A stretch of DNA of 27,954 nucleotides from Candidatus Limnocylindrales bacterium (GTDB lineage Bacteria; Chloroflexota; Limnocylindria; Limnocylindrales; CSP1-4), in the NCBI GenBank assembly GCA_051003655.1, contig JBPCLD010000097.1, positions 1 through 27,954 of the forward strand, written 5' to 3'. Shown here in pieces: positions 15,601 to 22,798 of this stretch. The notes beneath the pieces were generated by a model, which saw only the letters and a program-made list of their open reading frames with translations, made no database searches and was not told where the DNA came from. The stretch's first letter is position 1. Each line of letters starts with the position of its first letter. The translations under genes were made by a program, and so were the position numbers.

Positions 15601-18465
15601 CGGCTCAAGGCGAACTTCGAAACGCTGACGGACGTCGTCGCCGTGCTCGCGCCCATGGCTCAGGGCGCAACCAAGCTCGTGGACAAACTTGGGCGAAGCA
15701 CCAAGGGCGCGTACGTCCTGCAGACCTTCGCGAAAACGGCGGATGTCGCGAACGAATTCATGATGCCCGCCACATTCGTCAACGACCTCGACAAGATCGT
15801 CAAGGACAAGAGCATGGGCGGGCCCGAGAGGGAAGCCGCGATCGTGATGCTCTTCGGCCGCGGCCTTCGCGACGGCACAGTCCAATACGTCAAGGTGACC
15901 CGATCTCACCGCGCGGGCGGAGACCAGCTGGCTCCGGGCTCCCCGGACCCGTCCCCAACTGGACCACCTGCGACCGCGGTGGGCGTCGCGACCCCCGCCG
16001 GGGGGGCTCCAACCACGAAGCCCATCCCGGCTCCCGACATGGGAGCCACTGGCACGGCCGCACGACCCCCCGTCGGGGAGGGCGCACCATCCGCCCCGAC
16101 GCCCATCCGCGCACCCACAGCGCGTCGCGCCGATGTTGACAAGCAGTTCGACGTATCCGACGTCACGCCCGTGGAGCCGGCTCGGCGACGGGACCGTGGC
16201 GAGTCGAGCGAGATGCCACCCGATCCAACTCGGCCGGCCATCCGCCTGCCCGAAGCTGAAGGTGGCCCGTCACCCAAGCGGGCAGGCGACGGGCCAGAGG
16301 CGGCGCCTGGGACAGAAAAGGCACGCAAGACAAACATCGAGATCATCCAGCAGGAGACCAGGGCTGACGCGCGGGCGAAGGCGCGTGCGGCCGAGTTTGC
16401 GCCACTTTTCTTCAAGTGGAAGGATCTCCATACCGTCCAGCGTCAGAAGCAACTCGAGCAGCTGATCAACGCTCACCTGGCGAGCGAAGGCGTGCCGCGC
16501 ATCATCGTCGACCCGATCGACGTGCGCGCCGGTAACGCGTCATTCCGGTTCCAGGAATGGCGCATCCATATCAGCGAACACTCGCTCAACAACAAGAACA
16601 TGACGCCTGACAAGTTCGCCGAGCTCGTAGACAACGCAACACACGAAGCGCGTCACGCGGTGCATCACTATCGCGGCCTGCGCATCGCAATCCGTGAAGG
16701 CCGACACAACTCCGATGCGAAGATTCACCAGCCCATAGTTGCTGCGGCAAGAAAAGCGAATAGGCAGGGCGATCCTCGAAAGGAAATGTCGGAAGAGGCT
16801 TACGGTGAAGCGAAGGAGATATACGAAGTAACGCATCTGGCTGATCAACGGCAGGCCAAGATCGGCGGAGACGCACTCAACCGCGAGGCCGTTCTCAACC
16901 GTAAGGACGTCACGCGGGACTCAGCGGCGCTAGCCGCCAAGAAGCTCAACGAACTCGAAGCACAGGGCAAGAAGGGCACGCGCGAATACGCCGACGCTTT
17001 GGCCGACCACCGGATCGCGCTGCGTGAGGCGCAGAATGCGCACGACGGGTACGTGGGCCTTCCCCAGGAAACCGACGCCGGGCGGTACGGGAGCTCCGTG
17101 CGCAAAGCTACCGCTGAGCGTCTGGCTTTGATGATGCGCGTCAACGGGGCGAAGCTGGCGCGCGAGCAGGCGGCTCAGGCGGCCCGTGACGCACGTCGCA
17201 TCGGAGACCGCGCCGACATGGACGCCGCAGCACAGGCATATCTGGCCGCTCACAAGCGCGCGCTCGTGGCTCAGGCAGAGCTCGATGGGCTCGTGAGCAA
17301 AGAGCCAAGGGAAGTCGGCGGACGCGTCATGACTCAAGAGATCCCTGCGGACCCGAATCTCGGCCGCAGAACCGGTGCGTCCGAGGAGCCGGGGGCCGGT
17401 GCAGGAGAACGACTACGGCCTGGCGAAGTCCGCCTCCCGCCCCGCGAACATGGCCGTGGCGACGAGTCATCGCCGCCGCCGGGGGCCGAGCCCGACGCTC
17501 CTGACGCAGCAAGGACCGCCGATACGACCGCCACCAGGCCCTCTGCTGGAGCGGGCATGCCCGCGGCGAAGGCCCCTAAGGCCGCGCCAATGCTGCCGGG
17601 CTCGGAGGTACCGGCGGACCTTGGCAAGGCCGCACGACCGACAATCGAGCCCAAACCGGCCGACATGAGCTTGGACAGGGGTCGCGACCTGGCCGCTCAA
17701 CCTCACCCTCGCGCCTCGATCCCAGACGCGGAATACGCTCCGGACCAGCCCGGCCGATACGTCCGCACGGGTGATAAGCCGGTATCAGGGGTCTCGCAAG
17801 AATCGAACTTCGTCGTAAAGGACAGCAACGACGGCACGCTTCACCTCTTCAAGCCCACGGCGGGCGAGAAGCCGGTTGACCGAGCGGAAGACCGAGGGAT
17901 CCGGGCGGGAGAGCAGGCGCCCCGCGAGGTCGGCGCCCACATGGCTGCGGAAGCGCTCGGCGTTCCATCGGTTAAAGCGAGGCTTGTCACCATCGACGGA
18001 ATTCCAGGCGTCCTGGTCGAGTGGCGCGCACAGAACACCCTGATGGACCTGCGGCTTACCGACCCACCGGCGTTCATGCGCCTCATTACCTCCGAGAAGT
18101 TTAAGCAGGCCATGCGCGGCCTGGACGCGCTCGACTACCTCATCAACAACCTCGATCGATCGCACAACTGGGGCAATTACCTGTATGAATTCCTCCCCGA
18201 CGGCACGTTGAAACTCACCGCCATCGACCATGGGCTCACATTCACAAGCACGAAGGATCGTGCCGACATCGTCGGTTGGACGCGCGAACTTCCGGACGCC
18301 TACTCGTCGGAGCTCGCCGGAAAGCTGCGCGACCTGAGCGCCAATCGGGCCGAGTTCATCGACAAGCTCAAGCCGTTTGTCGGCGATGAGGCGATACCGG
18401 GCGTTCTTCAGCGCCTGGACGCGATGGTCAAAGACATGGAGTCCAAGGAGCAAGCGTCGAAATGA
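12631..18465 (+). CDS. Putative CIS effector 2 (1944 aa): LQKTAGNHAV leader, large unassigned region, HExxH metallopeptidase-like module, C-terminal HipA/PI3-PI4-kinase-like domain
   Basis: ATGA overlap with the upstream gene. LQKTAGNHAV at 12802-12831, HEARH at 16642-16656. Kinase-like LFKP, REV, LDYLINNLDRSHNWGN, AIDHGLTF. Confidence 0.82.
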   Translation: MTAPQAPAAEKATHKPEIAPIAEAPERNRVDELASLSGLLPIAGSDLTFLDPGQVITLQKTAGNHAVNSLLQRSPTDAPPKPPPKLKGRRRGRPVPQMPMDPPSTLFDTIDDMPWLVDSISHVVEEDTERSRRKGFQPDIVDGSVSAAVIFARDAVFFFNSSATLYAVESNLDGEVSPDRPQELPKPKFTLPNENMILVSEPSTGRSWRVFAMLRKELGDDDEAPEVIGLHLVRTESKPHLPPGFRSGELVVSVYVPARLAARSPVPHPGWKAKQGPAKEQPKETPAWAKSKYARVQKLLAAPDGDDEAEKAPPQGTGLGMEGTGPGGGGTGTQGVPGARAGVAPVPDQKVKKPATKGRIVTKKRRAKPDKVALFQGDQGPLLNVWEGKSHQTIPLKPGEPDRELKQRIEEAAGKQVSTGQTLAEAVTETGFTGGQGQGRPTLEQILEATEFTANAAEYPSKMEMQGGSGAEVSPSGWATTITGGKHKFDMILDYDARNFGLANQVFARLGFIDYYWQVIDISGMDPGAGALRARGETESREDFDLEMRKRARVAALNQDRAREVGEFEGLKEDVSDMASNKWEDAKEDLWASKAQGVGLVALDAAWNIGKALLSAFISKMTEPENRQEIAFAKPGEYLIRCLANPQPNKDAPLDKQTRRATSIAVFPVRVVDVNKRALEVTRQDATQLKQAQYLFTQMQAKLDADPKNESLRAAVRIAKREAGLSEAKYKYTASEKAESELADFDKQIAVLEKLADAKKGLQPIDLPGEERTIGLQLKDDVLKRWGRSGGIAAWYEYQYQIEDVKKARKQKAEQKAIADKKASQIAVGSEMRPRPRVTFVSEENGALVKMDMVLGRTPGSSQDKPRWILADVTTEKTSRSYNGKSDKSGTEGDAEAIKNAFREFCDKAEYGRGTIAIDLPGNATLIPSGTTMLMKPGEAARWKARLDSLVEIAGLVAPYVKGGQLIGRVIAAYGALGAAEKLYDRAVNDRLKANFETLTDVVAVLAPMAQGATKLVDKLGRSTKGAYVLQTFAKTADVANEFMMPATFVNDLDKIVKDKSMGGPEREAAIVMLFGRGLRDGTVQYVKVTRSHRAGGDQLAPGSPDPSPTGPPATAVGVATPAGGAPTTKPIPAPDMGATGTAARPPVGEGAPSAPTPIRAPTARRADVDKQFDVSDVTPVEPARRRDRGESSEMPPDPTRPAIRLPEAEGGPSPKRAGDGPEAAPGTEKARKTNIEIIQQETRADARAKARAAEFAPLFFKWKDLHTVQRQKQLEQLINAHLASEGVPRIIVDPIDVRAGNASFRFQEWRIHISEHSLNNKNMTPDKFAELVDNATHEARHAVHHYRGLRIAIREGRHNSDAKIHQPIVAAARKANRQGDPRKEMSEEAYGEAKEIYEVTHLADQRQAKIGGDALNREAVLNRKDVTRDSAALAAKKLNELEAQGKKGTREYADALADHRIALREAQNAHDGYVGLPQETDAGRYGSSVRKATAERLALMMRVNGAKLAREQAAQAARDARRIGDRADMDAAAQAYLAAHKRALVAQAELDGLVSKEPREVGGRVMTQEIPADPNLGRRTGASEEPGAGAGERLRPGEVRLPPREHGRGDESSPPPGAEPDAPDAARTADTTATRPSAGAGMPAAKAPKAAPMLPGSEVPADLGKAARPTIEPKPADMSLDRGRDLAAQPHPRASIPDAEYAPDQPGRYVRTGDKPVSGVSQESNFVVKDSNDGTLHLFKPTAGEKPVDRAEDRGIRAGEQAPREVGAHMAAEALGVPSVKARLVTIDGIPGVLVEWRAQNTLMDLRLTDPPAFMRLITSEKFKQAMRGLDALDYLINNLDRSHNWGNYLYEFLPDGTLKLTAIDHGLTFTSTKDRADIVGWTRELPDAYSSELAGKLRDLSANRAEFIDKLKPFVGDEAIPGVLQRLDAMVKDMESKEQASK

Positions 18466-18749
18466 CCGTGGTGGAAATCCGTCGCCGGCGTCCGGACGAC
18501 GGTCAAGTCGAGCGACTGGCGCGCGTCTACGCCCGTGGACCGGGATGCCCAGCCGAGTACGAGGTGCTGGCTCCGGATTTTCGAGAGGGTCTCGACATGG
18601 TCATCGCGGACGGCGTCACCGGCATCAGCGGCCGTCAGCTTTACCTCGCCGACGGAGATGAGTTTGTCGCTGCTCTGCCCGAGTTCTATCGGGGCTCGCG
18701 CTTCTGGGCCGAAGAAGTTTCGGATGTCGACGTGGAGCAGCCGGGTTAG
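18462..18749 (+). CDS. Small protein (95 aa), putative immunity protein 2
   Basis: ATGA overlap with effector 2. Paralog of 12359..12634. Confidence 0.8.
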   Translation: MTVVEIRRRRPDDGQVERLARVYARGPGCPAEYEVLAPDFREGLDMVIADGVTGISGRQLYLADGDEFVAALPEFYRGSRFWAEEVSDVDVEQPG

Positions 18750-19393
18750 ATCAACCCCTGCTTGATCGCGTAGGCGACGGCGTGGGTGCGGTTGCGCAGC
18801 TCGAGCCGGCTGGTGATGTCGTGGATGATGTTTTTAACGGTCCGCTCCGAGTAGTAGAGCTTGCCGCTCACCTCGGACGTGTCCAGACCCTCCGCGAGTA
18901 GCTTCAAAACGTTCAGCTCCCGCTCGCTCAGGCCGGAGAAGGTCAGGCCGCGCGGCGCCAGCACCTGGCGCTGCAGCTGGCCGACCTGGTGAAGCAGCCG
19001 GGCCAGCATGTCGGGCGGTAGCGTCCCTTCACCGGATGCCACCGACCGGATCGTCGCCACGATGTTGCCGACGGTCGCCTGCGAGCGTCGCAGAACGCCA
19101 CTGACGCCCGCCTCAACTGCCGCCAGGAGGGAGCGGTCATCGATTCGCGTCACGAGGAGCCCGACACCGTCCGCTCCTCCTCGCCGAAGGCCACGGATGG
19201 CGCGGAGCGCCTCTCCGTCGACCTCGTCGGCCACCACCAGCGCAACGCCGGGTTCGCTCAGATCCTCTTCATCGACAACGCGAACCCCGGCCGTCCCCCG
19301 AAGCTGCGCGACGGTTCCTGCGCGTGACAGCGGATCAGCGGCCCACACGCAGACATCGATCCTCGCCGCTGTCGGCTCCCCAAGCGCGTACAT
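18746..19393 (-). CDS. LuxR/NarL-family transcriptional regulator (degenerate receiver-like N-terminus + HTH)
   Basis: Start MYALGEP at 19393 with GGAGG RBS. HTH region LSERELNVLKLLAEGLDT.EV..KLYYSERTVKNIIHDITSRLELRNRTHAVAYA. LuxR genes of this type commonly flank actinobacterial CIS loci. Confidence 0.92.
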   Translation of the reverse strand: MYALGEPTAARIDVCVWAADPLSRAGTVAQLRGTAGVRVVDEEDLSEPGVALVVADEVDGEALRAIRGLRRGGADGVGLLVTRIDDRSLLAAVEAGVSGVLRRSQATVGNIVATIRSVASGEGTLPPDMLARLLHQVGQLQRQVLAPRGLTFSGLSERELNVLKLLAEGLDTSEVSGKLYYSERTVKNIIHDITSRLELRNRTHAVAYAIKQGLI

Positions 19394-19489
19394 GACCCCT
19401 CCAGATCCTGGTGACGGCCCCCTGCGCGAACGATTGCCCACGAAGGCTGCGTCACGACACTTGCCAATGACTAAACACTGACTTAACGG

Positions 19490-19531
19490 GCCCGCCCAGT
19501 TGCCCGAAAGCCCGCCCAGGCGGCCCCGAAA
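19490..19531 (+). repeat. Imperfect direct repeat in the LuxR / membrane-protein divergent intergenic region
   Basis: GCCCGCCCAG-tt-GCCCGAAA followed by GCCCGCCCAG-gcg-GCCCCGAAA. Confidence 0.55.
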
Positions 19532-19560
19532 GCGGACTGTTCGTGCGTCCGATACGCGGC

Positions 19561-19566
19561 TATGCT
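19561..19566 (+). promoter_or_regulatory. Candidate -10 element TATGCT, possibly giving a leaderless transcript
   Basis: TAnnnT hexamer 8 nt before ATG 19575, with no Shine-Dalgarno sequence in between. Confidence 0.35.
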
Positions 19567-19574
19567 GGCCGCCG

Positions 19575-20768
19575 ATGGGCGCCCTGGCAGTTCTCGAAAC
19601 GCGTCTGCTGCCGGTGGAACCGGGCAGTCAGGCATCGGCCCAGGTCCGCGTGCGCAACACCGGCACTGTCGTGGACCAGTTCACGTTCCAGATCCTCGTT
19701 GATGCGCAGGGCTGGGCTGCCGTTCAACCGCCCACGCTGTCGCTCTTCCCCGGCGCCGAGGAAACGGTCACGGTCACCTTCAGCCCGCCGCGGTCGCCGC
19801 AGGTACCCGCCGGCCAGATGCCCTTCGGCGTCCACGTCATGTCCAAGGAGGACGCCGCCGGGTCCGTCGTCGAGGAAGGCGTCCTGGACATCGCGCCGTT
19901 TAGCGACGTATTCGCCGAGCTTGCCCCACGGACGTCGCGTGGACGCGGCAGCGCCAGTCACGACCTGGCCATCGACAACCGTGGCAATGCTCCGCTGAAT
20001 GCCTCGCTGAGCGCGGCTGACCCGGACCGGCTGCTCACCTTCGAGGTCATCCCGCCCGGGATCGTCGCCGATGCGGGTACTGCGTCGTTTGCCAAGGTCA
20101 GCGTCAAGCCGCGCCAGCGGTTCTGGCGGGGATCGGCCCGAACGCGGCCGTTCCAGGTCCTCGTCGAGCAGCCGGGCAGCGGCTCCATCACCGTTGACGG
20201 GACCATGGTCCAGGAGGCGATTCTGCCGTCCTGGTTCATGCGTGCGCTGCTCCTGCTGCTGGGCCTTCTGGTGGCGGCCGCCATCCTTTGGGTTTTCCTG
20301 ATTCGGCCGGCCATCCAGGCGACGGCGGAGGAGCGGGCTGAAGAGGTCCTGGCAGCGGTTGGCATCACGCCTGGCCCAGATCCGATACCCAACCCGAACC
20401 CCAACCCGAACCCAAACCCGACGCCGACGCCGGTGCCAGGCAGCTCGCAAAGCCCAGCCCCACCTGTGGTCGCCGGTCTGGGCGAGCTGATCGATGGCCG
20501 CATCGACGCCGGCGGCGCGCCCCTCGTCGGAGACGCGGGCAAGACGCTGTTCATCACCGACCTGGTCTTCAGTAACCCGATCGACGCAGCGGTGGGCGAC
20601 CTGAGCCTGGACCGGGCCGGACAGCGCCTGCTCGGTTTGCGGCTCGAGAACTTCCGCGACCTTGACTTCCACTTCGTCACCCCGATCGCCGTGCTTGCGG
20701 GCCAGCAGGTCTCGCTGAACTGCGGCGGATGCACCGCGTCGGTGTACTACTCCGGCTACCAGAGGTAG
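19575..20768 (+). CDS. CIS-associated bitopic membrane protein (COG1470-like Ig-fold N-terminus, TM, Pro-Asn linker, small C-terminal domain)
   Basis: V.VRNTGTVVDQF.F..L, TLSLFPG, FGVHV.SKED, DNRGN motifs; TM WFMRALLLLLGLLVAAAILWVFLIRP; C-terminal ITDLVFSNP...LENFRDLDFHFVTPI. Resembles the so-called hydrolytic proteins of Streptomyces CIS loci. Confidence 0.78.
   Translation: MGALAVLETRLLPVEPGSQASAQVRVRNTGTVVDQFTFQILVDAQGWAAVQPPTLSLFPGAEETVTVTFSPPRSPQVPAGQMPFGVHVMSKEDAAGSVVEEGVLDIAPFSDVFAELAPRTSRGRGSASHDLAIDNRGNAPLNASLSAADPDRLLTFEVIPPGIVADAGTASFAKVSVKPRQRFWRGSARTRPFQVLVEQPGSGSITVDGTMVQEAILPSWFMRALLLLLGLLVAAAILWVFLIRPAIQATAEERAEEVLAAVGITPGPDPIPNPNPNPNPNPTPTPVPGSSQSPAPPVVAGLGELIDGRIDAGGAPLVGDAGKTLFITDLVFSNPIDAAVGDLSLDRAGQRLLGLRLENFRDLDFHFVTPIAVLAGQQVSLNCGGCTASVYYSGYQR
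20388..20432 (+). repeat. Coding (PN)5(PT)2P low-complexity linker
   Basis: ccc aac ccg aac ccc aac ccg aac cca aac ccg acg ccg acg ccg. Confidence 0.85.
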
Positions 20769-22774
20769 GAACTCCCACGGCCGGGGCACCTCGATGGGCG
20801 GCTGCGGGCCTGGCCGCGCTGCTGGCGGCCGGTCTGCTTGTCGCGCTCGATCCCTCCCCGGCACGCGGGGCAGACCTTCCCGCCGCTCCACTGATCGAGA
20901 TAGACCCGGGCTGTACGGATGGCGTGTTCGAGGGCTCGTTCGACATGCCGTTCACGGTCAGGCTGCGGAACTTCACGCCTAATGCGGCCGTAACGGTCTT
21001 CTTCGGGTTTGGCGATCAGCCTGAGGTGGAGAACGTCGTCGTCGGCCCATACGGATCCGTGGACGCACAGCTGACTTTCACCCTCGGAACAACGAGGCCG
21101 GTACCTCTCCGAGCATTAGAGACGAACAATCCCGCGATCAATGCCTCAACGACCCTCCGGGCCCCGTGCGAACCAGCACTCCAGCTGACGCCCAAATGCG
21201 ATGCGCCGGCGGATCCGCTTGCCCCTCGTGCACTCAGCATCGGAGTCCTGGGGACTGACTGGCGGTACCTGACGGAAGTTCGGCTGATGCAGCGCGTAGA
21301 CGGGACCGAGAGGCAGATCAGCGCTACGGCATCGGGAGTGCCTACGGCCGAGCAGCCCACCTTCAACGTGGTCCTCAATGCCGCGAATCCCGGCAGCGAC
21401 GACGTCACCCAGCCATTGATGGCCCTTCCGTCCGGCGACTACTTCGTCCGGGCCACCCGCCGCGCGACCGAGGCGATTCCAGAAGTCGTCGTCGACATCG
21501 ACTTCGCCGTCCCATGTCCGCAGGTCTCGCTGAATCCCAACTGCGGTGAACCAGGTGGACCGCTGGACATCTATGACCTCGCCGTTTCCGGGTCGGGCTG
21601 GCGACCTTTCCTCCAGGCCCAGGTCATCTTCGATGCCGGAGGCGGCCCACAGGTGTTCCTGCTCGACGTCGGCGGCACGGGCCAGCTGTTGGTGGGTGAC
21701 GTCGAGGAGGCTCGGATCAAACCGTGGCGAAGACCCGAGTCGCCCGGCAGGTACACCGTGACCGTTCGGCAGGGCCGTGCGCCGGACAGCGTCATGCGTG
21801 AAGCCAGCACCGAATTCATCGTACCGTGCCCACCACAGGCAGACGTGGTCATCACTCCGGTGTGTGGCCCGCCGCAGCTACTTGGAGACGACCCGCGCAC
21901 GACGACGTTGCGCGTGGTCGGCTCGAACCTTCCCGCCGGATTGCTGACCATCACCGTTCAGCCCGCGGCAGGGGGAACCCCCCATATCCAGCAATACGGA
22001 GTCGCCGGCAACCTTGACGAGTCTTTCGAGCTACCGCGGCGTCCACTGGGCAGCTACCAGGTCGACGCGACTGTGATTGACGCCGCTGGAGCCATCCTGT
22101 TCGTCAAGCCTCCTGGCACGTTCACCGTGCCCTGCGAGCAGCCCAACGTCAGGCTGCGATTTCGATGTGATCCGCCAGAGACGAATCTGCCCGACCTTGC
22201 CGATGTAGTGCTCGAAGCGAGGGGCTTCTACCCAGACGCGCCGCTCGAGCTGGCCGTGGGTGGCACCACCGAGACGGTGCGGACCGATGCCAATGGGACG
22301 TTCAGCAGGCGAACGCCCGCGTCCTCGCTGCCGAACGGGCCGATCGAGTCGCGGGCCATGCAGAGGGACATCAACGGCGCGGTGGCGGTGGTAGCCACGA
22401 GGACCCTGATCCTGCCGTGCGGCACGCGCGTGCCGACGCTGGTCATCTCGCCGCTGGCAGGGTCACCCGGCCAGGTGGTCCTCGTCAGCGGCTTCAACAT
22501 TCGGCCCAACGTCGGTTTGAGCCTGCGCTGGAGCCGTGGCATTGGCAGCGGACGGACCATCGATGTCACGACCGACGAGGACGGGATCTTCGAGCGCCAG
22601 GTCCTTCTATTCCATAACGACTTCACCGGCGTGCGTGTGCTGACAGTCGAATCGTCGGACGACCCGCTGGCGGTCGGGATCTCGGTGACCTTCGTCGTCG
22701 CGCCGGGCAGAGGCACGCCGCCGGGCTTTTCCGAGTCGGCGCCAGGATTTCCGCCGCTGATATTCCGCCGTTGA
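20729..22774 (+). CDS. Putative secreted protein with tandem Cys-bracketed beta-rich (Ig-like) modules
   Basis: Signal-peptide-like RWAAAGLAALLAAGLLVALDPSPARGA followed by repeated PC...P.C junctions. Start uncertain: the only in-frame ATG before the signal overlaps the upstream gene by 40 nt. Confidence 0.7.
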   Translation: MHRVGVLLRLPEVGTPTAGAPRWAAAGLAALLAAGLLVALDPSPARGADLPAAPLIEIDPGCTDGVFEGSFDMPFTVRLRNFTPNAAVTVFFGFGDQPEVENVVVGPYGSVDAQLTFTLGTTRPVPLRALETNNPAINASTTLRAPCEPALQLTPKCDAPADPLAPRALSIGVLGTDWRYLTEVRLMQRVDGTERQISATASGVPTAEQPTFNVVLNAANPGSDDVTQPLMALPSGDYFVRATRRATEAIPEVVVDIDFAVPCPQVSLNPNCGEPGGPLDIYDLAVSGSGWRPFLQAQVIFDAGGGPQVFLLDVGGTGQLLVGDVEEARIKPWRRPESPGRYTVTVRQGRAPDSVMREASTEFIVPCPPQADVVITPVCGPPQLLGDDPRTTTLRVVGSNLPAGLLTITVQPAAGGTPHIQQYGVAGNLDESFELPRRPLGSYQVDATVIDAAGAILFVKPPGTFTVPCEQPNVRLRFRCDPPETNLPDLADVVLEARGFYPDAPLELAVGGTTETVRTDANGTFSRRTPASSLPNGPIESRAMQRDINGAVAVVATRTLILPCGTRVPTLVISPLAGSPGQVVLVSGFNIRPNVGLSLRWSRGIGSGRTIDVTTDEDGIFERQVLLFHNDFTGVRVLTVESSDDPLAVGISVTFVVAPGRGTPPGFSESAPGFPPLIFRR

Positions 22775-22798
22775 GCCGGCGCTGATCATCGTCCGTCG

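Noticed and set aside
19560-20891. 443-aa minus-strand ORF (also 19958..20734)
   Set aside because: Antisense shadows of the well-supported plus-strand membrane protein.
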